A DNA stretch of 60,393 nt, counting the filler. It is 3 parts of 3 records of this genome, joined end to end, with 100 filler letters (N's around TTAATTAATTAA, not from the genome) between each part and the next. Parts side by side here need not be neighbours in the genome. Positions count along the whole stretch, not along the records: positions 1 to 27,886 come from SRR20825019_2193; positions 27,987 to 51,061 come from SRR20825019_2208; 1 more part is not named here. One strand, given 5' to 3'. A program made the position numbers and the translations under genes. The notes under the pieces are model-generated. The model was not told the origin of the DNA and did not search any database. It saw only the letters and a list, made by a program, of their open reading frames with translations. Shown in pieces: positions 20,266-30,142 of this stretch; position 1 is the first letter of the stretch; the number at the start of each line of letters is the position of its first letter.

Positions 20266-21636
20266 ATGAAGTGCAAAGCCCTAGTTGGCAAGCATCTAAT
20301 TATGTTCGTTTTTGCGCTGACCATTCTTGCCGGATGGTCCCGGCCCGCGGATGCGCGATCCTATATTACCGATACGGAGATCGAACTTTATATCCGCAAG
20401 CTTGCAACCCCGGTCTTCCAGAGCGCAGGCCTGTCACCTTCAGCCATCGACCTCTATTTCATCAATGACGATACGCTGAATGCCTTCGTCGCCGGCGGTC
20501 AGAACATTTTCTTCCATACCGGCCTGCTGATGGCGACGGAAACACCGGAACAGCTGCTCGGCGTGATCGCGCATGAAACCGGCCACATTGCCGGCGGCCA
20601 TCTGGCGCGGAGCGGAGAGATCCTCCGCAATGCCAGCCAGAACGCTCTGCTCGGTATTATCCTTGGCGCCGGCGCCGCTCTAGCAACGGGCCGCGGCGAC
20701 GCCGCGACTGCGATTATCCAGGGCAGCCAGGCAGCCGTTCAGGGCTCGTTGCTGCAATATAGCCGGGCGCAGGAATCCTCGGCCGACCAGGCGGGTATCC
20801 GTTTCCTCGAAAGCAATCACGAATCCTCGAGGGGCATGCTGGAATTCCTCTCAACCCTGAGCGGTCAGGAATTGCTGAGCGGCCGCAGCCGGTCGCCCTA
20901 TGCCAGCACCCACCCGCTGACCCGGGACCGGATTGCCTTTGTCGAGGAGCAGGTTAAAAACTCCCGCTACAGCGACGAAAAACTGCCGGAAGATTTGCAG
21001 CAAAAGCACCGCCGCATGGTCGCCAAGCTGCATGGTTTCATCCGTTCCCCGGCCCGCACATTCAAGGCCTATCCAGACACGGACACGTCGGTGGAAGCCC
21101 GCTATGCCCGCGCCGTGGCCACCTACCGGCTGCCGGATGCCGAGAAGGCCGTCAGCCTGGTCGACGATCTGCTGGCGGACTATCCGGGCGATCCATATTT
21201 CTACGAGCTGAAGGGCCAGATCCAGTTCGAAGACGCCAAACCGGCCGAGGCGGAAGTTGCCTATCGCAAGGCGCATGAGGCATTGCCCGACGCTCCCAGG
21301 ATCGAGCTGGAGCTGTCACGGGTCCTGCTTGCCCTCGATACGCCGGAAAAGGATCAGGAGGCACAGACGCATCTCGAGCATGTCGTGCAGCTCATTCCGA
21401 ATTCGACCTTTGCATGGCGGCAGCTTGCCATTGCCTATGGACGAAACGGAGAACATGGCATGTCCGCTCTTGCCCTTGCAGAAGAAGCTTTCCGCGCTGG
21501 CCAGGAACATGACGCGGCCCTGCAGGCGAACCGGGCAAAGCAGAAACTCAAGCCGCATACGGAAGCCTGGCTGCGGGCCTCCGACATCGAGGAACTTTCG
21601 ACTCCGCGCGACCGGGAGCGGAAGAAGAAAAACTAG
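20266..21636 (+). CDS. M48 family metalloprotease with TPRs (BepA/YfgC-like)
   Basis: NAFVAGG, HETGH, ESSAD and THP motifs with C-terminal TPRs. Start is 20266 or 20302. Confidence 0.9.
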   Translation: MKCKALVGKHLIMFVFALTILAGWSRPADARSYITDTEIELYIRKLATPVFQSAGLSPSAIDLYFINDDTLNAFVAGGQNIFFHTGLLMATETPEQLLGVIAHETGHIAGGHLARSGEILRNASQNALLGIILGAGAALATGRGDAATAIIQGSQAAVQGSLLQYSRAQESSADQAGIRFLESNHESSRGMLEFLSTLSGQELLSGRSRSPYASTHPLTRDRIAFVEEQVKNSRYSDEKLPEDLQQKHRRMVAKLHGFIRSPARTFKAYPDTDTSVEARYARAVATYRLPDAEKAVSLVDDLLADYPGDPYFYELKGQIQFEDAKPAEAEVAYRKAHEALPDAPRIELELSRVLLALDTPEKDQEAQTHLEHVVQLIPNSTFAWRQLAIAYGRNGEHGMSALALAEEAFRAGQEHDAALQANRAKQKLKPHTEAWLRASDIEELSTPRDRERKKKN

Positions 21637-21738
21637 CTCCAACCTTCCCATGCTCAATACGCAATAACAATAACGTGGCTTGTCAGCGCTGGCGGGCCGC
21701 ATCACATTTGCGCACTCACATGCGTCAATGAAGAAAGC

Positions 21739-22536
21739 ATGACCGGAAAGGTACGCACGATGACCGCCAGGACGACCCTCACGACATTCCGCAGAGCGTT
21801 GATACCGGCGCTGGCCCTTGCCGCCAGCCTGACGGTTTTCCCGGCCGGCCAGCCGGCTGTTGCCGCGGAGCCCTTTTCAGCGGACCAGAAGTCGGCGCTC
21901 GACAGCGCCATCCGCGATTACATCATGGCGCATCCGGAAGTGATCGTTGAATCCCTGAACGCCATGCAAGCGCGCCAGGAACTGGCACAGAAGGAAAGCC
22001 AGCGCGACGCGCTCACAAAGCTTCAGGACCAGATCGTGGGTAACCCGAAAGACCCGGTGATCGGAAATCCGGATGGCGATGTCACAGTCGTCGAGTTTTT
22101 CGACTACCAGTGCGGTTACTGCAAACGCATGGTCGACCCGGTGATGCAACTGCTGAAACAGGACCCGAATGTCCGCTGGGTCATGAAGGAATTCCCGATC
22201 CTCGGCCCGGCATCGGTTACCGCGGCACAGGCCTCCATCGCGGCCCGGAATCAGGGCGCCTACCAGGAATTTCACATCGCGCTCATGGCCTATCGTGGAC
22301 GGCTCAGCGATGCCGTTGTGCTTCAGACGGCACGTGAAGTTGGCCTCGACCTGGACAAACTGAAGGCCGATATGGCGTCCGCCGAGACGCAGAGCACCAT
22401 CCAGGAAGCCGTTGTACTTGCCCGATCTCTCGGCGTGAATGGAACACCGGCCTTTATCGTCGGCGAGGAGCTGCTGCCCGGTGCCGTCAGCCTCGATACA
22501 CTGGTCGAGCAGATCGAAGCCGCCCGTAAAAGCTAG
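21739..22536 (+). CDS. DsbA family protein (Com1/ScsC-like)
   Basis: EFFDYQCGYCK, KEFPILG and GTP motifs; signal peptide. Confidence 0.92.
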   Translation: MTGKVRTMTARTTLTTFRRALIPALALAASLTVFPAGQPAVAAEPFSADQKSALDSAIRDYIMAHPEVIVESLNAMQARQELAQKESQRDALTKLQDQIVGNPKDPVIGNPDGDVTVVEFFDYQCGYCKRMVDPVMQLLKQDPNVRWVMKEFPILGPASVTAAQASIAARNQGAYQEFHIALMAYRGRLSDAVVLQTAREVGLDLDKLKADMASAETQSTIQEAVVLARSLGVNGTPAFIVGEELLPGAVSLDTLVEQIEAARKS

Positions 22537-22551
22537 GCTGGAGGAGCCGGG

Positions 22552-23808
22552 TTAAGGACCGCTTGCAGGGTCGGACGGCGGAATATCCCGGACCCGGCTG
22601 TAGAATGCGGCTGCAACCACGATCAACCCGGCGACACAGGCAAAGACAAGCCTGTACGCCAGGTCGGAGCCGCCACCGGCAATATCCACGACCAGTCCGG
22701 TGATCCATTGCGTGAAGAAGATCGTGCCAACGCCGACAAGGCTCATGGCGGTAATCGCCCGGCCCGCCAGATGATTTGGCACGAACCCCCGGCAATGCGC
22801 GGCCAGAACAACGAAGAACGGTGAGACAAAGCCGAAGGCAATCAGTAGCAGCATGGCGCCCCAGAGCGGCGGCTGCGGGATCACCGTCATGACGCCGAGC
22901 AAAAGCACCATAAGCACGCAACTGCCAAGCACCACACGCTTGCGGGAGTTCATAATCCGGTCCAGCGGACCGAAGCCCAGAGTCCCGGCATTTTGCGCCA
23001 GAACCATGGCGAGCAGCGCATAACCGGCTTCGGTTTGCCCAAGGCCGTGAACTTCCTTAAGGTATGGTCCGGCCCAGAGGCCGCCGACGGTGGCAAAAGG
23101 CGCGGCAAAACAGCTTGCCATGATCAGGGTCCCGCGAAGATCGCGATCACGCAGCATTGTCAGGATTGCCGAAAAAGCCTGGCCGAGACTTTCCGGCGGC
23201 CGTTCCGGGCGGGCAACACCGGGCGGGTGATCCTGGCCCCAGAGAAAGATCAGGATCGTCACCAGGAGGATCGCCGAGGCAAGAAGCAGGAACGTCACCG
23301 TGAACCCGGCTTGCTGCAGCATGATGGCGAGCGGAGCCGTTGCAAGCAGGCCGCTTGTCGCCCCGGAAAGAGCGATAAGCCGCGCTGAAACCGTGGCCAC
23401 ACGGTCCGGAGTGACCCAGCCAAGCACGATCAGATAAACGGTTGTCACGGCACCCGCATGGCCAAAGCCGAGAAGCACCCGCCCTCCAACCAATCCCGCC
23501 GCATTATCAGAGACCGCGAAGAGCACCATCCCGCACACAGCGATCAGGCTCAGAGCCGACGTGGTGAGACGCGCACCATAACGATCGAACAGCACCCCCA
23601 TCGGGATCTGTATGAAAGCCGCGGCAAGCGACATGATGCCGATGACCACCCCGATCTCTGCCGGGGAAATGCCGCGCTGCTCAATCAGGGCATTGGCGAT
23701 CACACCGCCACCAAGGCGGTTGATCTGCACCAATGTCAGAAACGCGCACAGAATAAAGAAAACCCGCGCGGCACCGCTGCGCACGGCATGTCCGGTAGCG
23801 CCTGTCAT
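22552..23808 (-). CDS. MFS transporter
   Basis: GVLFDRYGAR motif A and about 12 TM segments; ATG 23808. Confidence 0.9.
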   Translation of the reverse strand: MTGATGHAVRSGAARVFFILCAFLTLVQINRLGGGVIANALIEQRGISPAEIGVVIGIMSLAAAFIQIPMGVLFDRYGARLTTSALSLIAVCGMVLFAVSDNAAGLVGGRVLLGFGHAGAVTTVYLIVLGWVTPDRVATVSARLIALSGATSGLLATAPLAIMLQQAGFTVTFLLLASAILLVTILIFLWGQDHPPGVARPERPPESLGQAFSAILTMLRDRDLRGTLIMASCFAAPFATVGGLWAGPYLKEVHGLGQTEAGYALLAMVLAQNAGTLGFGPLDRIMNSRKRVVLGSCVLMVLLLGVMTVIPQPPLWGAMLLLIAFGFVSPFFVVLAAHCRGFVPNHLAGRAITAMSLVGVGTIFFTQWITGLVVDIAGGGSDLAYRLVFACVAGLIVVAAAFYSRVRDIPPSDPASGP

Positions 23809-23965
23809 AAGACGCCCCCGGACCTGCCGGCACCGCGGAGTGCCCGGAACTGCAACAGCGGAACCATGAATACTCCGTTCAAATATGCGACAGCCCGCCA
23901 GCATCGGCCGGCGGGCTGCATATAGAAGCGAAGAGCGAATTCACCGTCCGGTCAAGCGCCTTCTG

Positions 23966-25057
23966 TCAGGCGTCGAGAACCCCGCGCTTGACCTGGTCCT
24001 GTTCAATGGATTCGAAAAGCGCCTTGAAATTGCCCTCGCCGAAACCTTCATCTCCCTTGCGCTGAATCAGTTCGAAGAAAATCGGCCCGATCACCGTCTC
24101 GGTGAAGATCTGCAGCAGCAGACCGCCATCCTCGGTTGGCGCACCATCGATAAGAATCCCGTGCTGCTTCAGATCCGCGACATTCTCGCCATGCCCGGGC
24201 AGCCTTTCGTCCAGCATTTCATAATATGTGTCGGGCGGAGGAGCCATGAACCTGGAGCCTGCCGCCTTGAGCGCTTCGACACTGGCGAAAATATCGTCGG
24301 TCGCCATCGCGATATGCTGGATGCCCTCGCCCTTATAGGCGTTGAGATATTCTTCGATCTGCGATTTGTCGTCGGCGGATTCGTTGATCGGAATCCGGAT
24401 CTTGCCACATGGGCTGGTCATCGCCTTGGACTTCAGACCGGTCAACTTGCCCTCAATATCGAAATACCGGATCTCACGAAAATTGAAGAGCTTCTCGTAA
24501 AAGTTGGCCCATACATCCATCCGCCCGCGATGCACGTTGTGGGTCAGGTGATCGACCATCGTAAAACCGGCTCCGGCAGGCACCTGCTCCACACCATCCA
24601 GCGGCACGAAATCGACGTCATAGATGGTCGGCCCGCCATACCGGTCAACCAGATAGATCAGGCTGTCGCCGATACCGTGGATCGCCGGAATATTGAGCTC
24701 CATCGGCCCGACCTTGCCTTCGAACGGCCGGGCACCGAGTTTCAGAGCACGGTCATACGCCGCCGCAGCATTCTTTACGCGGAACGCAATGGCGCAGCAG
24801 GACGGGCCATGCACCCGGGCGAAAGACTGGGCGAAACTGTCCGGCTCCCCGTTGACGATGAAGTTCACGCCGCCCTGCCGGAAAAGCGTCACGTCCTTGG
24901 ACCGGTGCCGGGCAACAGCAGTAAAGCCGAGGGTCAGGAACAGCGTCTTCAGGTTTTCCGGGTCCGGCGCGGTATATTCAACAAACTCGAAACCATCGGT
25001 CGCCATCGGATTGTCGATGGTGCCGCCTGGAATTGGGGGAAGTGTTTCCGATGCCAT
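23966..25057 (-). CDS. hppD: 4-hydroxyphenylpyruvate dioxygenase
   Basis: [22 protein letters not shown] and [26 protein letters not shown] motifs; GGAG RBS before ATG 25057. Confidence 0.97.
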   Translation of the reverse strand: MASETLPPIPGGTIDNPMATDGFEFVEYTAPDPENLKTLFLTLGFTAVARHRSKDVTLFRQGGVNFIVNGEPDSFAQSFARVHGPSCCAIAFRVKNAAAAYDRALKLGARPFEGKVGPMELNIPAIHGIGDSLIYLVDRYGGPTIYDVDFVPLDGVEQVPAGAGFTMVDHLTHNVHRGRMDVWANFYEKLFNFREIRYFDIEGKLTGLKSKAMTSPCGKIRIPINESADDKSQIEEYLNAYKGEGIQHIAMATDDIFASVEALKAAGSRFMAPPPDTYYEMLDERLPGHGENVADLKQHGILIDGAPTEDGGLLLQIFTETVIGPIFFELIQRKGDEGFGEGNFKALFESIEQDQVKRGVLDA

Positions 25058-25140
25058 GAATGTCTCCTCCGGCCTGCCTCCGGCCTCGGCTCCCGCTTGA
25101 CAGTGCAGCGGCGAGAACGGAACGTCAGGGCAGATCACAT

Positions 25141-25160
25141 TTAGTTACATATGAAACTAA
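25141..25160. promoter_or_regulatory. Palindromic operator between divergent hppD and MarR
   Basis: TTAGTTACATATGAAACTAA, a 20-bp dyad with one mismatched pair. Confidence 0.7.
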
Positions 25161-25215
25161 TTAAGGATTGCGCGTGCAGAGTCAAGACACCGACGTCGAT
25201 ACCTCCGGCAATGCG

Positions 25216-25674
25216 ATGCCAGCCAAACAGGGCTTTGCTCTCGACAATTTTCTGCCCTATCGGCTGGCGCTGCTTTCATCACTGGTCTCGCGCAGCATCC
25301 AGAAGCTGTATGCGTCGGAGTTCGATATCAGCATCCCCGAATGGCGACTCGTGGCCATTCTCGGCAGTGATGGCCCCATGACGTCGAACGATATCCGGCA
25401 ACGAGCCGCGATGGATAAGGTTCAGGTCAGCCGCGCCGCAGCAAAATTGCTGGAAGGGGGGCATATCCGGAAACAGGTTCACCCTGATGACCGGCGCCGG
25501 GCAATATTATCCCTCTCCGAAAGCGGCCAGATGATTTACAACCAAATCGTGCCGATCGCACTCGAGAGAGAGGAGCACCTTGCCTCAATCCTCACCCCGG
25601 AAGAGAAAGACACGTTAATTCAATTATTGGAAAAATTGACAAAAATGGCTCAGAATATGACGACCACTCCGTAA
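25216..25674 (+). CDS. MarR family regulator, likely of tyrosine/homogentisate catabolism
   Basis: FLPYRL, MDKVQVSRA and DRRR motifs; divergent from hppD. Confidence 0.9.
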   Translation: MPAKQGFALDNFLPYRLALLSSLVSRSIQKLYASEFDISIPEWRLVAILGSDGPMTSNDIRQRAAMDKVQVSRAAAKLLEGGHIRKQVHPDDRRRAILSLSESGQMIYNQIVPIALEREEHLASILTPEEKDTLIQLLEKLTKMAQNMTTTP

Positions 25675-25825
25675 AGGTGGTTATCAGGACGTCCAGGTTT
25701 CAGAATAGCCCTCTTCCACACGCAGTTTATTGCCTCAACCATTGCGGCATGATATCCGGATTCCCATCGAGGTTCGCGCATTCGCGCTTTGGACCACGTC
25801 CAAGCTCTTGGAAAGAGTTCAGGCA

Positions 25826-26392
25826 ATGAGCCATATAATCGAAAACATCGAAGACCCGACATTAGGGAAATTGGTGGAACGATGGTTCGCATGGCGCACC
25901 GGAGATGCCTATCCGGCGCGCAAGGCAATCGAACCGCTTGAGCTTGGGCCGGCACTTCCATTTGTCTGGATCTGCCAGCGGGAGCCGGATCGCGACTGTT
26001 ATCGCTATCACCTCGTCGGCGAAGCGGTGAACACACTTTACGGTCAGGGCCTCAGAGGCCGCTCCCTGAAGGACTTCCTGTCCGAAAGAACCGCCGCTCT
26101 CTTGAAAGAGCGCCTCAACCAGTGCCTTGAATCGGGGTTTCTCGTCCATACCGTGGCGCCACAGACCTTGCACGATAAACGCCATGTCATTGTCCAGCGG
26201 CTGTTTCTTCCAATGACTGGTCCTTCCGGCGATCTGGATACCATTCTCGGCTGCACAAAAGTCACCGACACCATCCCGGACAATGCCCGCCAGAACACAC
26301 AATCACATGAAGGCACGTATGCGAGTGACGGCACCTTCCTAAAAAAAGGCAGCGCCATTCTCACCATGTACTCCTCGGATCAGTTATATTAG
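25826..26392 (+). CDS. PAS-fold protein (PAS_5/DUF1457-like)
   Basis: W...R....PARKAIEP, YRYHLVGE and RLFLPM pattern. Confidence 0.75.
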   Translation: MSHIIENIEDPTLGKLVERWFAWRTGDAYPARKAIEPLELGPALPFVWICQREPDRDCYRYHLVGEAVNTLYGQGLRGRSLKDFLSERTAALLKERLNQCLESGFLVHTVAPQTLHDKRHVIVQRLFLPMTGPSGDLDTILGCTKVTDTIPDNARQNTQSHEGTYASDGTFLKKGSAILTMYSSDQLY

Positions 26393-26456
26393 ATGATTCG
26401 CGGGGCTGGTTCCGATTGCGTCACCCGGACCGCGTGATATAACCCTCGAAACTGAG

Positions 26457-26921
26457 ATGCAGGCGAGCATAGTGTCTGAACGCCCGGAAATTCTTATCCT
26501 TAACGGTCCAAATCTGAACATGCTTGGAACCCGGGAGCCTGAGCTCTATGGGGCCGAGACATTGGATGATGTCGATGCCATGTGTGCCGATCATGCGGCA
26601 ACACTCGGGCTGGCGACCGATTTCCGGCAATCGAACTTCGAAGGCGAAATGGTAACGATCATCCAGCAGGCGCGCGGCAGCGCGTCGGGGATTATCATCA
26701 ATGCCGGTGCGTATACGCACACCTCCGTCGCCATTCACGACGCTTTACGCGTGGCCGACCTGCCGGTGATAGAAGTACATATTTCGAACATTCACCGGCG
26801 CGAAGCCTTCCGCCACACCTCTTATATTTCATCCGTCGCCGAAGGAATCATCGTCGGCCTTGGAACCCAGGGCTATGTCCTGGCCCTTGATGGTATGGCG
26901 CGGATACTCGATCGCACCTGA
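26457..26921 (+). CDS. aroQ: Type II 3-dehydroquinate dehydratase
   Basis: LNGPNLNMLGTREPELYG and EVHISNIHRREAFRH motifs. Confidence 0.97.
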   Translation: MQASIVSERPEILILNGPNLNMLGTREPELYGAETLDDVDAMCADHAATLGLATDFRQSNFEGEMVTIIQQARGSASGIIINAGAYTHTSVAIHDALRVADLPVIEVHISNIHRREAFRHTSYISSVAEGIIVGLGTQGYVLALDGMARILDRT

Positions 26922-26939
26922 ACGAACCCGGAGACCCCT

Positions 26940-27374
26940 TTGTCGCACGACATTGACAGCAAACTCGTACGAAAGCTCGCCGCCCTCCTGGAAGAGACCG
27001 GCCTCGGCGAACTCGAATACGCGACGGACGATTGGCGGATCCGCGTGGCCCGCCCCGCAGTGCAACAGGTTGCCAGTGTAACAGCGGCACCGGTTTCGGC
27101 ACCGATCGCGCCCTCTGCGGACGCAGCGCCGGCCGATATTGCAGGCGCCGTGAATTCCCCGATGGTCGGCACCGCCTATCTCGGCCCCGATCCCGACTCG
27201 GCACCGTTCGTTTCGGTCGGCACCAGGGTCACCGAAGGTCAGACCCTGATGATTATCGAAGCCATGAAGGTCATGAACCCGATTCCCGCGCCCCGCGCCG
27301 GAACGGTGAAGGACATACTGGTTCAGAACGGGCAGCCGATCGAGTTCGGCCAGCCGCTGATCGTTATCGAGTAG
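26940..27374 (+). CDS. accB: Acetyl-CoA carboxylase biotin carboxyl carrier protein
   Basis: SPMVGT and EAMKVMN biotinylation motif. Confidence 0.97.
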   Translation: MSHDIDSKLVRKLAALLEETGLGELEYATDDWRIRVARPAVQQVASVTAAPVSAPIAPSADAAPADIAGAVNSPMVGTAYLGPDPDSAPFVSVGTRVTEGQTLMIIEAMKVMNPIPAPRAGTVKDILVQNGQPIEFGQPLIVIE

Positions 27375-27389
27375 CGGGCTGGAGCCGAC

Positions 27390-27886
27390 ATGTTCGAGAA
27401 AGTCCTAATCGCCAATCGCGGCGACGTGGCCCTGCGCATTCACCGGGCCTGCCGGGAAATGGGCATACGGACCGTTGCCGTGCATTCGACCGCCGACGCG
27501 GACGCGATGCATGTGCGCCTGGCCGATGAGAGTGTCTGTATCGGCCCGCCTGCCGCGAAGGACAGCTATCTCAACATCCCGGCTATCCTTACCGCCGCGA
27601 CCGTAACCGGCGCCGACGCCATCCATCCCGGTGTCGGCTTCCTGTCCGAAAACGCGGATTTCGCCGAAATCGTCGAAGCGCACGGCTTCGTCTTCATCGG
27701 CCCTTCACCGCAGCATATCCGCGACATGGGCGACAAGATCATTGCCAAGCGGACCGTGAAGGCGCTGGGCATTCCTTGTGTGCCCGGCTCTGACGGGCCA
27801 GTCACCTCGGTCGAAGGCGCCATAGCAGCAGCCGAAGAGATCGGCTTTCCGGTCCTGATCAAGGCGACTGCCGGCGGCGGCGGACG
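27390..27886 (+). CDS. accC: Biotin carboxylase, truncated at the contig end
   Basis: [19 protein letters not shown] and KATAGGGG motifs; follows accB. Confidence 0.95.
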
Positions 27887-27986
27887 NNNNNNNNNNNNNN
27901 NNNNNNNNNNNNNNNNNNNNNNNNNNNNNNTTAATTAATTAANNNNNNNNNNNNNNNNNNNNNNNNNNNNNNNNNNNNNNNNNNNN
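27887..27986. other. Artificial contig-joining spacer
   Basis: 44 N + TTAATTAATTAA (stops in all six frames) + 44 N. Confidence 0.98.
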
Positions 27987-28374
27987 GAACATGGAGCATT
28001 ACGCCTGGACCGTGGCGCTGACCCGGATGATCAGCGCGGTCTTCCGGCGCGGCGGCGATGTCTCCTTCGTGGTCGAGGAGCTGAAAGCGGTCTTCGATCC
28101 GCGCGGCGGCTGCTGGATGGGCGGCAAATACGTGCCCTCCCTGCTCGCGGCCATCGGCAGCGTGATCGAACAGCATTTGCACGCGATCGACTTTCTGAAA
28201 GACCCGGATACGCTGGAGATGGATTTCGGCGGCAAGAAGAAGGTCGTCGCCATGGACAGCCGTGGCGTCGGCGGCCCGATCCCGGCTCAGTGCCCGACCT
28301 GCGGCGATGTCTCCCTGATGAAACAGGAAGGCTGCGACCTGTGCACGAGCTGCGGCTATTCGAAGTGCGGGTGA
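27987..28374 (+). CDS. nrdJ: Class II (B12-dependent) ribonucleotide reductase, C-terminal fragment
   Basis: ALTRMISAVFRRGG...VFDPRGG...SLLAAIG followed by the CPTC...EGCDLCTSCGYSKC zinc ribbon. Confidence 0.88.
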
Positions 28375-28387
28375 GGGGCTGAGGCGT

Positions 28388-28492
28388 CACCTCCGCTCTT
28401 TTCCCGGACCTGATCCGGGACCTTGTTCGGACGGGCTCCGCTCCACGATCTGACAGGTCCCGGCTCGGTGGCCGGGAAAACGGTGGAGGGTG
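28388..28492. repeat. REP/RIME-like intergenic palindromic element
   Basis: Two hairpins (TCCCGGACCTGATCCGGGA and TCCCGGCTCGGTGGCCGGGA) inside imperfect outer inverted arms, between convergent genes. Confidence 0.7.
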
Positions 28493-28497
28493 TGGGG

Positions 28498-30105
28498 CTA
28501 GATCCGGCCGTCGTAACTCTGCCGGTCAATCCGGCAGGCGCAGAGCGTAAACGTATCCGCCGTAAGACCGGTCCGCACCGCTTCGGCCAGTGTCTCCCGG
28601 TCCTCGCACCACACACCCTTGCCGCCGAGCGCTTCGGCGATGGCGACGAAATCCGTCTCCTGCATATCGACCCCGGCATTGCCGTATTTCATCTCCCGCT
28701 GTTTCTTCTCGATCAGCGCCAGCGAGGCGTCGACGAAGACGACGACGATGACCGGCAGCTTCAGGTCCCGCAGGGCCACCAGCTCTCCCAGCACCATCTC
28801 CAGGCCGCCGTCACCGGTAAAGGCCACCACCGCCCGGTCGGGCGCGGCGAGTTTGGCGCCGGTGGCGAGGGGGAGGGCGCAGCCCATGGTGCAGAGGCCG
28901 GTGGATTGCAGGACCGCGTGCGGCACCTGTGCTTCCCAGACCTGGCTGGCGAGGATGCGGTGGGCGCCGCTATCGACGGTCAGCACCGCGTCGCGCGGGG
29001 TGTTGGCGCGGACAGTGGTGGTGATTGCGGCGGGGCCCCAGGCCTCGTTCTGACCGAAGGCGCCTGCGAGCGCGGAGCGGGTGTCGGCGATCAGGGGGCC
29101 GTCCCAGGTGGCGCGCGGCGCGACGCCGTCTCCGAGCGCCTTCAGGCTTTCGCCGACATGGGCGTGGAAGGTCATCGTGGCGTCATGCATGTAGGAATAT
29201 TCGGACGCGGCCAGCAGCTCGACCACGGTCTTTTCCGCCGGATCCCAGAGGTTCTGCCAGCCGGGGCGCATTTCGATCGGGTCATAGCCTGCGAGCAGGA
29301 TGAAATCTGCCGCCTCGATCACCGGTTTCAGGTGCGTGTCCGCGAGCGGGGACAGGCCAGCGCCGCCGAGGGACAGCGGGTCGTCTTCCGCCAACACCCC
29401 CTTGGCCTTGTAGCTGGCGATCACCGGCGCGCCGAATTTCCGGGCAAAACCGGCCAGGGTGTCGGCCGCGTTCTGATTGACCACGTCGAGCCCGGCGACG
29501 ATCAGCGGGCGTTCGGCCTTGGCCAGCGCGGCACGGGCGGCATCCAGCGCGTCTCCCGGCGCGGGAGCGGAGGGTTGGGGGGCCGGGCGTCTGACCGGTT
29601 TGGCGTCTGCGATCTCTTTCGCGGCGACGGCGATGGGCAGATCGATATGCACCGGGCCCGGCCGGTCCGCCATGGCGAGGCGCACCAGCTTGTCGATCAG
29701 CGCGTCCGCGTTCTTTTCCGGCATGGTGACGCTGGCCTTGGTGACCGGGCCGAAAACCGCCGTGTGGTCGAAGACCTGATGATTGTAGGTCACGGCCTCA
29801 CCCGCATCGACGCAGCCGGTGAGCACGATCAGCGGCACCCGGTCCTGCTCCGCATTGGCGGTGACGTTCACGGCGTTTGCCGCGCCCGGACCGACGGTGC
29901 AGACCTGCACGCCGGGCGCGCCGGTCATGTGCCAGACGCCTTCCGCCATGAAGCCCGCCGCATTCTCATGCTTGGCCAGCAGAAACCTGATCCCGGCCTT
30001 CTCCAGCGCATCCACAAGGGTCAGCACCTCGCCCCCCGGCACGCCAAAAGCATAGCGGACCCCCGCCTCGTACAGGCGGCGGGCAATCACATCGGCAATA
30101 CGCAT
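28498..30105 (-). CDS. TPP-binding enzyme (acetolactate synthase-like family)
   Basis: FGVPGG, AKHE, GPG and GDGG motifs. Confidence 0.92.
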   Translation of the reverse strand: MRIADVIARRLYEAGVRYAFGVPGGEVLTLVDALEKAGIRFLLAKHENAAGFMAEGVWHMTGAPGVQVCTVGPGAANAVNVTANAEQDRVPLIVLTGCVDAGEAVTYNHQVFDHTAVFGPVTKASVTMPEKNADALIDKLVRLAMADRPGPVHIDLPIAVAAKEIADAKPVRRPAPQPSAPAPGDALDAARAALAKAERPLIVAGLDVVNQNAADTLAGFARKFGAPVIASYKAKGVLAEDDPLSLGGAGLSPLADTHLKPVIEAADFILLAGYDPIEMRPGWQNLWDPAEKTVVELLAASEYSYMHDATMTFHAHVGESLKALGDGVAPRATWDGPLIADTRSALAGAFGQNEAWGPAAITTTVRANTPRDAVLTVDSGAHRILASQVWEAQVPHAVLQSTGLCTMGCALPLATGAKLAAPDRAVVAFTGDGGLEMVLGELVALRDLKLPVIVVVFVDASLALIEKKQREMKYGNAGVDMQETDFVAIAEALGGKGVWCEDRETLAEAVRTGLTADTFTLCACRIDRQSYDGRI

Positions 30106-30142
30106 GGGGCTGTTCCTGTCTGACGGGGCCAGTCTGAAGAGA

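Noticed and set aside
27931..27942. TTAATTAATTAA as a biological repeat or CtrA site, and ORFs running through the N runs
   Set aside because: Identical linker centred in both 100-nt spacers, so it is synthetic.
28423..30123. 566-aa plus-strand ORF, and the similar 23885..25144 and 40519..41682 ORFs
   Set aside because: Antisense shadows of the TPP enzyme, hppD and the MATE gene.
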